From: Basidiobolus ranarum
Taxonomy: Eukaryota
Length of the DNA stretch: 20,000 nucleotides
Assembly: GCA_040143965.1 (NCBI GenBank)
Contig: JASJQH010006879.1
Span: 52,868 to 72,867 of the forward strand
Direction: 5' to 3'
The notes beneath the pieces were generated by a model that saw only the letters and a program-made list of their open reading frames with translations, was not told the DNA's origin and did not search any database. Both the position numbers and the translations under genes were made by a program. This document shows positions 8,742 through 19,727 of the stretch, in pieces; the stretch's first letter is position 1; the number at the start of each line of letters is the position of its first letter.

Positions 8742-9983
8742 TTAATTTTTCTTCGATAAGACATCTTGGACTGCCTTCAAAACTTCGGGATGAATAGAGG
8801 CAATAGAAGCAACAACTCCTTTGTTGGCTTTCAAAGTTCTTCCAATGGAGAAGTCAAGAGGCTTCCCAGTAATGTCTGTTACTTCACCACCTGCTTCCTT
8901 CACTAACAAATCGCCTGAAGCATGATCCCAAATTTTTTCTTCATAATCAGCACGGGTGGGAAGTCTAAGATAAATATCAGCATCACCACGGGAGATAGAG
9001 CAATACTTGCATTGACTATCCATACGAACAGGTGACCTGGTGATATTAAGCAGTTTAGCTATTTGAGCGGCATCGCTGTGAGATGAATGCTCAGCTTCCA
9101 CAGATTCACAGAATGATGACTCGGAAGTAGAGCTCACTGCACTCATCTTGATAGGTTTCAAATCGTTGCTTTCGAATGATCTCTATAAATGTTCGGATTC
9201 AGTATGTCAAACTCAAGAAGTAGATTATATTGCTGGTAATTACGAACCTGGAAGGCGCCCTCTCCCTCAACAGCAACAAAGAGGCAACCTTTCTCACCTT
9301 CAGGATTTTTGGCATCAACTGGAAGATTAGGGCAACCCATTACTCCAAGACGGACCTTCCCGTCCACAATTAAAGCTAAGCATACAGCAAATTGCTCTCC
9401 GCGAAGAAATCCCTTGGTACCGTCAATGGGATCCAAAGTCCAATGACGACCCTTAGAACCACCTGAATAGCAACCACGATCAATTGCATCTAACAACTGA
9501 AGGTTACAGTTAAAAAAATGAAGCCTTGACCAAGCACTACTCTACTTACTTCTTTGATAGTTTGAGATTCTTCGAGAACTGAATTAGCCAAATCATAGAT
9601 TTTCTCTCTCATGTTTGCAGCGTCCTCTCCATGAAGATCTTTGGAATCTTCTTCACCAACAATTGGATCGTTGGGAAAAGACTTGGCAAGAATAGTATTT
9701 ACAACAGCTTGAGCACTGTAATCGGCAACTGTTATGGGTTACTTTTACTCAGTTTTTATTCAACAGTAAAACAATAAATATAAAACTTACTTGTCACTGG
9801 AGATTTATCTTTCTTTGTAATAGTTTCATTAGAGACGAGCTTTTGGAAGACATTTTGACAGACACGACTAGCTCTCAAGACAGCGTCAATTGCAACAGTT
9901 TTTTCCTGAGCGTAACTAGACATGGTTCTAAAGAAAGAGCAACGGAAATTGTTGTATGCGCGGGAAGCCAATATTCGATTCAT
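8742..9983 (-). CDS. MET22: 3'(2'),5'-bisphosphate nucleotidase (PAP phosphatase), 353 aa; exons 9983-9791, 9728-9550, 9496-9248, 9182-8742
   Basis: Motifs KKDKSPVTIADYSAQA, IVGEED, WTLDPIDGTKGFLRGEQFAVCLAL, ESVEAEHSSH, MDSQCKY and YEEKIWDHASG identify the Hal2/Met22 family. The spliced CDS is 1062 nt, in frame. Confidence 0.93.
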
Positions 9984-10463
9984 ATTTATAAATAAAAAGA
10001 CAATATTTGTATGTTAAATCTTAGAGCCAGAATGATTCATCAATTATGAGCATTGATTATATGACGTGCTTTTCCGCAACCTTACGCTAGTAGACTGCTC
10101 GATGATTTGCTACAATGAATTCAAGTTTAATCAAGATGTAACTTCCCTAAAGTAGGTGGGATAATTTTCGTATCATGTATTACGTACAACCATTGTCCAT
10201 GAAAAGTGGTATGTACAGTGTGGCATGTACAGTACAAAGGTAACTGTTGATTCTGTCTGTAGTATTAATGTTTTATTAACAAATAAATAAGGGAAAATTC
10301 TGACGATCTCACGTAAACGGGTCAAGTAGTCAAATAGGTTGCTTGGACATGTCTAGCAAACTCATTGCAATAGCCGTGGGTTGGAATTAGAAGAAGTAAT
10401 ATTTTAAAGGGAAATTCTTTCGAACAATAGCAACAGAATCCAGCCTAGTGTTGGAACTCTTTG

Positions 10464-12046
10464 TCAGTAGGAGCCTAACTCGAAGTTAGTCACTTGGGGC
10501 AAGTAAGCACAGGCACTCAAATCCAAGATGTAAACTTCATCATAAACATGCTGCCCATCATATCCACCGTACATGAACAGCCTAGAATCGTACAATACTG
10601 CGGTGTGATAACCTCTGCCTGTAGGTGGCATTCCGTAGATTTTCCGAGTTTCCCAATTCATGGTCACTGAAAATTCATGTAAATCTGAGATTCGTGCTAC
10701 CAGGAGAACAGGTCATGCAAAGTGAAAAGTTACCTAGATTCAGTAAAAGTACATCCTGTACATATTTATCACCATCATGTCCTCCGATTACAAATATATA
10801 TGAGCCAACTTGAGTAGCCGTGTGGGAAAGTCTGGGAACACGCTCACTCAACTTTACTCGTTGCCATGTGTGTGTCTCTTGAAAGGTGTGTCAGTTAGTG
10901 TGAAGTTGAATTGAGAATAAACCAGCTTACCAATGTCTAAGACATGAGCTTCACTAAAGCATTCGTGACCATCTGATCCGCCGTATATTAGAAGTTTGTT
11001 TTCAACCAGCGTACCAGTGTGATACCCCCTAGGGATCGGTGGCTTTCCTTTAACTTCAACGGGATACCACGTAAGTTTGCTTATATCCGCTGATTAAATG
11101 TGTTACTGAGAGGTCTGAGAAGTGCATCAGCAGAGAATACATACATATGTCTAAGCGGAAAACATCATTAAGCGCACGAAGTCCATCTCCTCCTCCAAAT
11201 AAATATATATATTGTCCATAATGGCATGCTGTATGTGCTCGACGAGGACCGGGGATTTCACCATGAATTTTCGGCTTTGACCAAGTCAGGGTGTCTATAC
11301 AAAATGAATGATTCTGTTCAGATTTGTGCATATTATGCGACTTGACGAGAAAATCATTAATACCCGTATCGAGAATATAAAGCTCATTAAAATAGTTGGG
11401 GCCATCACCACCGCCAAAGATAAACAATTTGTTATCAACTAACGTAGAGGTGTGAGCTCTACATGGGGCTGGTGGCTCACCATTCGTCTGTGGATTTGAC
11501 CAGTACATGGTTTCTATTGTTGATGGTCACATTAACCATTAAGCCTCATGAATAAAAAAGAAACATCCTTCATATCTTACCAGCATCGAATACATATAAA
11601 TCATTATAGCAAGTGTTTTCGTCACAACCACCAAAAATGTAAATCAATTCTCCCACCAAATTAACACTATGAGCTCGAAGAGATTTCGGAGGTGAATGGC
11701 CATAGATAGGCGCCTTAGACCAATACATCGCTGGAGCTGGAGCTGGAGCTGGAGGAACATCGGCAGTTGGTGATTCTAAATCAGAAGTGTACTTTTGTTC
11801 AGCGTTCGTTGAACCACGCCAAGAAGTTCTTCGACGATGATACGCCTGGGAATTGCTAGATATTTGAGCAGGCATGGACTGACGTGCCATTTGCTTAGTC
11901 TTAACAATAGCTGGTAAGCTAGCAGAAGCAGAGTTGGCTACTGTAGCGCCATGACTGGATGGACGTTGCGACTTATAGGTAAAGAATATTCGAGCATTAA
12001 CTTTGATAAATTAGACTGTACTAGGAAGTAATTGCGATATTACCAT
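10464..12046 (-). CDS. Kelch-repeat (six-blade beta-propeller) protein, about 399 aa; exons 12046-12044 (ATG only, tentative), 11971-11581, 11513-11364, 11294-11145, 11089-10931, 10877-10734, 10666-10464
   Basis: Six repeats of the pattern R-x-H-[ST]...IYIFGG.D.....D...LD....W (LRAHS, CRAHT, RRAHT, RGYHT, RLSHT, RGYHT). All junctions keep frame (1200 nt). The first micro-exon is inferred; ATG 11890 is the alternative start. Confidence 0.85.
11730..11753 (-). repeat. Coding hexamer microsatellite (GCTGGA)4 encoding a Pro-Ala repeat
   Basis: Seen directly; it encodes the PAPAPAPA linker just before the first kelch blade. Confidence 0.85.
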
Positions 12047-12903
12047 ATATCACCTAGACGTGGAGAAAAATTTGAAAGATTATTTAGACCTATAATATAT
12101 ACCTTCAGTATATAAATAGGAAAGCTTTGAGTACAATTGAAGAGGAGGATTAAAATGTCAATTTGCAGCAAGTACAGTACGATTAGTTTATGGCTTACTT
12201 CAAATATATGGGTGTTACTACCAAAATACTATTTCTCCTTTGTCTATATTGAATAAGAATCTGTGAGATGATTCTTAGTTCGAGTTGTATTTTATCATCA
12301 TTATCATGCAGAATGAAAGACTTTATACCACTTAATTGAAGAGAGGTCAACCTATGCTCTATTGTTGAGAATATTACAATAAATTTGCAAGTGCGTTCTA
12401 TATAATAATAGCAGTCTTCTACTCTCTATGTTCGTTAGAGGATATAGTATTATTTGTTGCTATTGAGTACGTTGTATATAAGATAGATGGCATAAGCGGC
12501 AAGGAAGGAGAGAATCTGTTAGTCGAAAAAAAATGTTACCTCCTAAAATGAGCTAAGCTGTATGTACGTTATTCAAAGTCCTGCTATAATTTGACAAGTT
12601 TGAGCCTCTGCCAAACTTTACTACTGAGATATTGGGTTATATTCTCTCTAATTGAATAGAATCATGTTTCGACACAAAGGCGGTAATGACTGGTTCAATC
12701 AATAATTCTGCGCTACCGGTGTTTCTTAATGTTAAATCATGTTACTATAATGGTAATTGTGATCTTAGACATACAGATTTTATGGCAGTTGATTTATTTT
12801 GTGGTTGAAACCAGCGGCAATGGCATATATAGGCGGCATGATTGAAATTCCAAAATTGCTAGTGTTTTTACGAACTTTACTATTTCTCCTAAATTTGATT
12901 CCT

Positions 12904-13940
12904 ATGTGCACCTCACCTATTATACTTGCAGAATATTTAAAAGAAAAGGTTTCGAGGTAGGTCTGATTGAGTTATTTGTGAAGGTCACACCATTTGCTGA
13001 GTCAAGGTTTTCTTGGTTATTAAAAGTTTAAGTAATTCATCTCGTTATATCGTTTCTGTGGCTGGTGAGTACATTATGACAACTACGATCGATAGTTCCT
13101 TCTCTAAGGATTGACTTTCTTCGACAGGAATTCCTGGAAGTGGAAAGACTACTTTATGCGATGAAGTGCGCAAACACTGTGGAACGGATGATGTCTTAGT
13201 GATCCCAATGGATGGTTTCCATTTGACCCGTAAACAACTTGATGACTTACCAGTACGCTGACATACGAATGCAATATTATTTAACAATATTTATCTAAAA
13301 AGACATAAAAAACTTAGAATCCGATTGAGGCACATGAACGTCGAGGAGCAGAATGGACTTTTGATGGCCAAGGTTTGTTGTTGCTAATTTTTAGTCAAAG
13401 CTAGTTGGCTCATACAATTCTTAGGCCTTATCGAGCTCGTTCGTAACCTTCGGGATAAGCCACAAGGCATTTTTCATGCACCTACATTCGATCACGCATT
13501 GAAGGACCCGATACAGGACGATTTGGTTGTTTTGCCAAGGTTTGTATTTCCATCACCCTTTGTTTAATAGAATAATGAGTAACCTTCACCGGTATACACG
13601 CCTCGAAGCCATCGTTTGATTATCATTGAAGGGCTATATCTGCATTTGGGCATTAAGCCGTGGTCAGAGTTAAGTGAACTTGTTGATGAGCAATGGTTTG
13701 TGCAAACCCCACCAAGTGTAGCCAATCAGAGGGTGGAAATCCGACACGTGCATTCTGGAATATGTTTGTATATTTTTAGATTTAGCTTTGATACATATTC
13801 TGAACCAAATTACGCTAGGTAAAAGCATAGAAGAGGCTAGAGTTAGGGTTGAAACAAATGATGCATTGAATGGCCAATTCATTTTGGAAAATAGTTTGAA
13901 GCCTACACGGTATATTGTGTTAGAGGATCATAGCAGTTGA
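12904..13940 (+). CDS. Yfh7-like P-loop kinase (uridine kinase/pantothenate kinase/PRK-like), 220 aa; exons 12904-12956, 13027-13064, 13128-13252, 13318-13372, 13425-13539, 13609-13763, 13819-13940
   Basis: Spliced translation contains RYIVSVAGIPGSGKTT (Walker A), VIPMDGFHL, AHERRGAEWTFD, APTFDHALKDP, IIIEGLYL, RHVHSGI and NDALNG, as in the Yfh7/YggC family. The CDS is 663 nt in frame and is largely missed by the ORF track. Confidence 0.88.
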
Positions 13941-13947
13941 TGTAATG

Positions 13948-13990
13948 TAGTTTCTGGAATAGTTTCTACGATAGTTTCTGGAATAGTTTC
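13948..13990. repeat. 12-bp tandem repeat TAGTTTCTGGAA, about 3.6 copies
   Basis: TAGTTTC recurs at 13948, 13960, 13972 and 13984, just after the kinase stop codon. Confidence 0.9.
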
Positions 13991-14010
13991 ATGGCACCCA
14001 ATAAAAATAT

Positions 14011-14137
14011 GCCTAGTTAGAAGAGTGTGTATTAACTAAATTGTCTAGTTAGAAGAGTGTGTATTAACTAAATTGTCTAGTTAGAAGAGTGTGTATTAAC
14101 TAAATCGCCTAGTTAGAAGAGTGTGTATTAACTAAAT
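14011..14137. repeat. Minisatellite, four tandem copies of a 32-bp unit CTAGTTAGAAGAGTGTGTATTAACTAAATTGT
   Basis: Units start at 14013, 14045, 14077 and 14109 and differ only in the junction bases (TTGT versus TCGC). Confidence 0.97.
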
Positions 14138-14442
14138 AACTGTTCACTGGTGGTTTGTGTTTTCTTATTCGCACAACCTGTACGAATCCAATTTCACACT
14201 ACTTATTCGCACTTGTTGACGAAGAAAACCTACAACTTGTACTATCCATATACTGACTACGATCCAAAACGATTCTTTTACGTAGTACTCGTGATTGACG
14301 ATAATCGGTGATCTTGTTTGAACTTCGCTGTCTACGCCGATTAAACCAGTCCGTTTCGTAACTTGTAACAGATAGCTGGTTTTTTGGATAAAAGACAACT
14401 TTATAATGAAAGTAGTGGATCCTATTGTTTCTAGGCTGAACA

Positions 14443-15483
14443 ATGCTTGCTAATCGTCTTGGAACACTCTTGGCTTGGCTAGCTTTGGGAATACCTCTAA
14501 CAGCACTGTCGACTTCTAATGATACCTTCCCACCGGACGGGAAATGGTTTAACCGCCTGATGATAGTAATGCTTGAGAATACTGACTTTGAGGTTGCAGC
14601 AAGAGAACAGTACTTCTCTGATATTGCGAGGAAGGGTCTCTTGCTCACGAATTTCTATGGTGTAACCCACCCCTCCAAAGGCAATTATATTGCTCAGTTG
14701 TATGGATCATACGAGGATCTCGATGATGACGGTCCTAGGACGTAAGTATTGGCCATCGAAATATATCGTATATTTTAGTTAATCGGACTCTGCTTACAGT
14801 TTTGCAGGGAATAATTTGGTAGACCTTCTAGAAGCAAGGGGTTTGTCTTGGAAGTCTTATCAAGAAAACTATCCAGGCAATTGTTTCACGGGTAATACAG
14901 ATCTGTACTACGAGAAGCATAACCCTTTTATCACTATGGAAAACATAAGGTAACGACTTGACCTGCGATATTAATGCTGATAAGATATCATATTAACATG
15001 AGTTATAGAAATCGACCGGAGCGTTGTGCCAAAATCGTGGATGCTTCAGAGCTTGACAGAGATATTCGAATGGATACCTTACCTCATCTAGTTTATTTTA
15101 CACCAAATATTATGAATGATGCGCACGATACTGATATCTCGTTTGCTGCAAATTGGCTGAAAAAGTTTATCGAGCCTAAACTGGCCAGTGCTGACTTTAT
15201 GGAAGAAACACTTATTGTGATTACCTTTGACGAGCGAGGAAGCTTTAACTCTAGTGAGGATCCTGACAACAAAGTGTTCACGGTATTGCTGGGGAAAGGT
15301 GTTGGCCAGCTTCCTGATGGAATCGATTCTACTCGATATGATCATTACAGTCTCCTGAGAACTATCGAGGATAACTGGGAACTCGGAACCTTGGGTAGAA
15401 ATGATACGAAATCTAATCCAATTAAGAGTCTTATCCCACTGCTAGATTTGGCTTACCAAGAATTAAATTTGAACAGTCCTTGA
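14443..15483 (+). CDS. Secreted phosphoesterase / acid phosphatase (PF04185-like), 307 aa; exons 14443-14741, 14800-14949, 15009-15483
   Basis: Hydrophobic signal MLANRLGTLLAWLALGIPLTALS. Motifs FNRLMIVMLENTDF, GVTHPSKGNYIA, DLLEARGLSWKSYQE, KHNPF, FTPNIMNDAHDT, LIVITFDE and YDHYSLLRTIEDNWELGTLGRND. The CDS is 924 nt in frame. Confidence 0.9.
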
Positions 15484-15811
15484 TGTTATTTATTTTAATG
15501 CTAGCCTCGATCAGATACGTCGGTGCTAATAATATTGTCCAAATGCCACTAATAAAATAATTTTCTGGGCACATAGATTTTGCTCTGCTTTCCGACTCAA
15601 TATTGTTCAGCATGCCATGTTGGTGCGTTCTGTAACGTATTCCTCTACCTTATTTTCAGTTCATAGCAGTTGTGATAATGTTTGCTTTATAATTCTTCAG
15701 TCGTGTCTCTATAGGCGGATGATATTCTTCTGGTTTAGTAGCCTCCTACGTTTAACCAAATTCTGCTAGAATAATTTGTTTCAAGCTATAAATATTTTAT
15801 TGGGCTCAGTA

Positions 15812-17127
15812 TTACACTTCAAGTTTCAAACTATCTAGAAACTCGGCGATATACTTATTACTCAGATCTGGTTCCTCCATAAGAACCCAGTGAGTACCAT
15901 TTTCAATATGCGCCCTTTTTAAGTTAGGAATGTACAAAGGCATATGGATAGTGAGGATGGGAAGTAATATCGTATCTTGACCTGCGGTAACCATCATTGA
16001 AGGGACATCGATGGTGGTGGGCAAATCTATCTCTTCTTCAAAGATTACTCGTAGGGTACGGTACCAACTCAGTCCCCCATAGAATCCAGCCTTAGTATAC
16101 GTATCAATATAGTACTGTAATTCCTTCTCAGACATAATATTGTCTGGTTTAGGCTGGGACAAGCCTGCATCTTGAGGAAGTAAGAGGGTGTGTTTAAGGA
16201 ACCCAAGAGCATCGTCTTCAGGTTTGTTGCATCTGAATATTGATCTCAATGCGAGTCCAACATTCGCGTCAAAGTACTTGACAGTTTCAAGCTTTGCAAA
16301 AATTAGTTGATAGGCCATAGTAGGTACCATTTTAACTATTTGTTCAGGCTTATAAAAAGTCTTTTGGGGTGGGATGTAGGGAGTACAAAAGCTAGCTACT
16401 CCCAACACTCGTTCGGGGTGGTGTAGATAAACCCTCCAAGCAAGAAAGCCTCCCCAATCGTGTCCGATGAGAACAAACTTGCCGATGTTATTCTTGTCAA
16501 GAATTTCAATTATGTCATTTGATATATTCTTCAGCCCATAACTACGAATGTCATTCGGTGGAGAGAGAGGTGAGCTGGTTTCACCGTAACCGCGCAAGTC
16601 TGGACATATCACACGATATCCGCGTGCTGTTAAAAACTTGATTTGATGTCTCCAACCATACCAGAGCTGTAAGCCTGACTTTTAGCAAAAAGCGGAAATA
16701 TTGAAGTGAACTAGAGTGGCACCACTTACATCGGGGAACCCATGGAGTAATACGACGACAGGACCATCCTTCGGTCCTTCGTCCACGTAGTCTAGAGCTA
16801 ATCTTTAGCCAAGATTTCAAGAGAAACGTCACTTTAGCATCTATACTTACGATACTTTATACCATTGATGTCATCGTATCGGTGATTGTAAGTGTCGGGG
16901 GAGAATGGATCTAAAGCAGTTATATTTCTGTTTGGCTCGACTGTGACGAGCTTACCTCCTTGGAAATATTAATGATTTGGGTTTAGTAAGCCGTTACGAG
17001 AAGAGTAGATATAATTGCTGTTTCTCTAACCTACAGGTGATGTGAGTACATTTTGATCTGCTCGAGAAAGAAAACTCTGACATAACAACACCACTATGGC
17101 GACAAAAAGAGAAGATCTACTTAGCAT
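15812..17127 (-). CDS. Epoxide hydrolase-like alpha/beta hydrolase with predicted signal peptide, copy 1, 373 aa; exons 17127-17031, 16958-16851, 16791-16730, 16666-15812
   Basis: LLHGFPDLWYGWRHQI (oxyanion motif), PDLRGYG, IGHDWGG (Asp nucleophile), AYQL and GLSWYR (lid Tyr), AGQD (charge relay) and THW (His base). Exon 1 encodes MLSRSSLFVAIVVLLCQSFLSRA. The CDS is 1122 nt in frame. Confidence 0.88.
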
Positions 17128-17796
17128 AACTAGATGGTAATTAACAAATGAAATGTTTAGTGCGAAAACTCGCATTTATTTGTATTGTCGTGTGTAACAT
17201 CGAGTAGGAGTGTTACGATCTTCATCTAAACGCTACGTTACAAGTTTTCCAGTGCAACAACTTTGAACCGCGAATCTGGCATTTTCGCAACCAACTTACT
17301 CAATCAAGCATGTAACAATGGCATTTTGTTTCCAGCAATTGATTTCAATTCCTCTTTGAAATTAGAGACTGAAACTGTTTGATCCTTGTCATAGAAGTTA
17401 TCGAGTGTTGAAACCTGATTGATCCCGATTAATCATAACCGTGGGTCACCGATCTAGACTCTGCAAATGCTAGTGCTGGTGTTCATATATCTCAAGCAAA
17501 TTCCAGATTAATGAAATGAAAGTTGGGAATTGTAGCCTTTTCATTCTTTACTACGAAGGTGAGTGCGCGACATAGGTTAGAAAAAAAGAGGTTACAGGAT
17601 TCAACTTGGAATAGGATGTTCACTAATTCTACATTTATTGCTATACTCCAGGATTACTTTCCAATCTGCCTTCATGTACTCGATACATGTATTGAATCAC
17701 GACTAAATGGCTACCGAGTGTTTGATCACAAGTTGAAACATAAGCCACAATCATTTTAGCAGTCCAAATGATTTATTGTGATTCATCAAACTACAA

Positions 17797-19092
17797 TCAG
17801 AATTTCAAACTGGCTAGAAACTCGGCGATGTACTTGTTACTCAAAGCCGGTTGCTCAATAAGAATCCAATGGGCACTATGCTCAACATGTTCTCTCTTCA
17901 AGTTTGGAATGCTCAAAGGCATGCGATTTGAAAGTTCTGGGAGCAATATTTTATCTTGGCCTGCAGTAACCATCATTGAAGGGACATTGATGGTGGTGGG
18001 CAGACCTTTCTCATCTTCCCAGTTAACTCTAGTCGTACGGTACCAGTTCAATCCACCATGGAACCCTCGCTTAGTGTATGTGTCAACATAGTACTGTAAC
18101 TCTTTCTCAGACATGATATTGTCTGGCTTAGGCTGAGGTACATTGGCATCTTTGGGAAGTAAGAGGATGTGTTTTAGGAACCCATTAACATCATCTTCAG
18201 GTTTGTTACATCTGAATAGTGATCTGAATACTAATCCAACATTATCGTCAAAGTATTTATCGGTTTTGGGATCTCTAAAAACGAGTTGATACGCAAAACT
18301 AGGGATCTTCTTCACTTTTTCTTCCAGAGAAACATAATCTTTGGTAGGTGGCAAGTAGGGAGTACTAAAACTAGCAATTCCCAACACTCGCTCGGGGTGG
18401 TATAGATAAATCCTCCAAACAAGAAAACCTCCCCAATCATGGCCGATGAGAGCAAACTTGCCAATATTGTTCTTGTCAAGAATTGCAATTATGTCCTTTG
18501 ATATACTCTTTAGCCCATAACTATGAATGTCATTCGGTGGGGAATGAGGTGAGCTAGTTTCGCCGTAACCGCGTAAGTCTGGACATATCACACGATACCC
18601 ACGTTCTGCTAAGAACTTGATTTGATGTCTCCAACCATACCAGAGCTGCAAACCTATCTTTTAGTACAAAGTAGAAATATCGAAATAAACTAGAGTAGCA
18701 CCACTTACATCGGGGAACCCATGAACTAGCACAACAACAGGACCATCCTTCGGTCCTTCATCCACGTAGTCTAGAGCTAGTTGTTAGCTGAGGTTGCAAG
18801 AGAAACAGCACTTTAGCTTCTATACATACGATACTTTATCCCATTGATGTGATCATACCGGTGATTGTAAGTGTTGGGAGAGAGTGGATCCAAAGTAGTT
18901 ATATTTCTATTTAGCTCGACTTTGACGAGCTTACCTCCTTGTAAACATTAATGATTTAAATCGTGGTTAGAGAAAAGGTTTTTTGTTCCCCTTACCTGCT
19001 CGTGATTTGTGTACACTTTGATGTGCTTGAGTGAGAAAACTCTGACACAACAACACCACTAGGGCGACGAAAAGAGAAGATCTACCCAGCAT
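17797..19092 (-). CDS. Epoxide hydrolase-like alpha/beta hydrolase with predicted signal peptide, copy 2, 371 aa; exons 19092-18996, 18937-18830, 18770-18709, 18645-17797
   Basis: Same catalytic motifs as copy 1 (LVHGFPD, GHDWGG, AYQL, GLNWYR, GQD, AHW) and the same sizes for exons 1-3 (97, 108, 62 nt). Exon 1 encodes MLGRSSLFVALVVLLCQSFLTQA. Confidence 0.9.
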
Positions 19093-19727
19093 AACTAGGC
19101 GGCAAGTAAGAAAGGAAACATCTAGTGAGAAGGCCCGTATTTATTCGTTTTATCATATGTAACATCAAGTAGGAGGACTCATCATAGATTGAATAATCCA
19201 TGACTTGTACCTATATCACGCCTTGAAGGTAATTCTATAGTATCAGGTTTAAGATAAGGAGCATTGACCGATCTAACACAATGATTGACTACTAATTATA
19301 TGACTACAAATTTTCTAGTGCAACCACTTAACCGCTAATCTAGAACTCTACGCAACCAATTATTCATATGTGTACCAATGACATTTTGTTACCAGTAATT
19401 GATTTTAGTTTCTCTTCAGTATCCTTTGAGGATTGAAACTGTTTGATCCTTTCGCCATGTCACAAAAGCTGTAGAGTGGTACCCGATTGATCTCGAGATC
19501 GTGATCTAGATTCTACAATTGAAATAACTACGACATATGTTAGAAACCATAAAAAAGATCAAATCTGCCTTTATGCACTCGTTATATGACTTGATACGGT
19601 CAGATGGATGTATTCAATCGCGATTGGGCGACGATTGGATGACTACAAAGTGTTTGATCACAAGTTGAAACGTAAGTTACAATTATTTAGCAATCCAAAT
19701 GATTTATTGTGATTCATCAAACTACAA

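Noticed and set aside
2128-12046. UBC12, the F-box gene and the kelch gene as a cullin-ligase gene cluster
   Set aside because: They are separated by unrelated genes, the kelch protein has no BTB or F-box, and such families are abundant. Synteny evidence would be needed.
14011-14137. 32-bp repeats with internal dyad symmetry as a CRISPR array
   Set aside because: The units are directly adjacent with no unique spacers, there are no cas genes and the context is eukaryotic.
14165-14648. Minus-strand ORFs of 92 and 149 aa, and other short antisense ORFs in the track
   Set aside because: They overlap well-supported genes or promoters on the opposite strand and show no recognisable motifs.
17797-17811. 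C-terminal SLKF of hydrolase copies 2 and 3 as a peroxisomal PTS1
   Set aside because: The terminal tripeptide LKF does not fit the PTS1 consensus, copy 1 ends in LEV, and an N-terminal signal is present.
18907-18948. ATG at 18948 with an ultra-short 28-nt hairpin intron (18934-18907) as the hydrolase start
   Set aside because: That ATG is ATA in copy 1. The model with the upstream signal-peptide exon is conserved in both copies and treats this stretch as coding (GGKLV).
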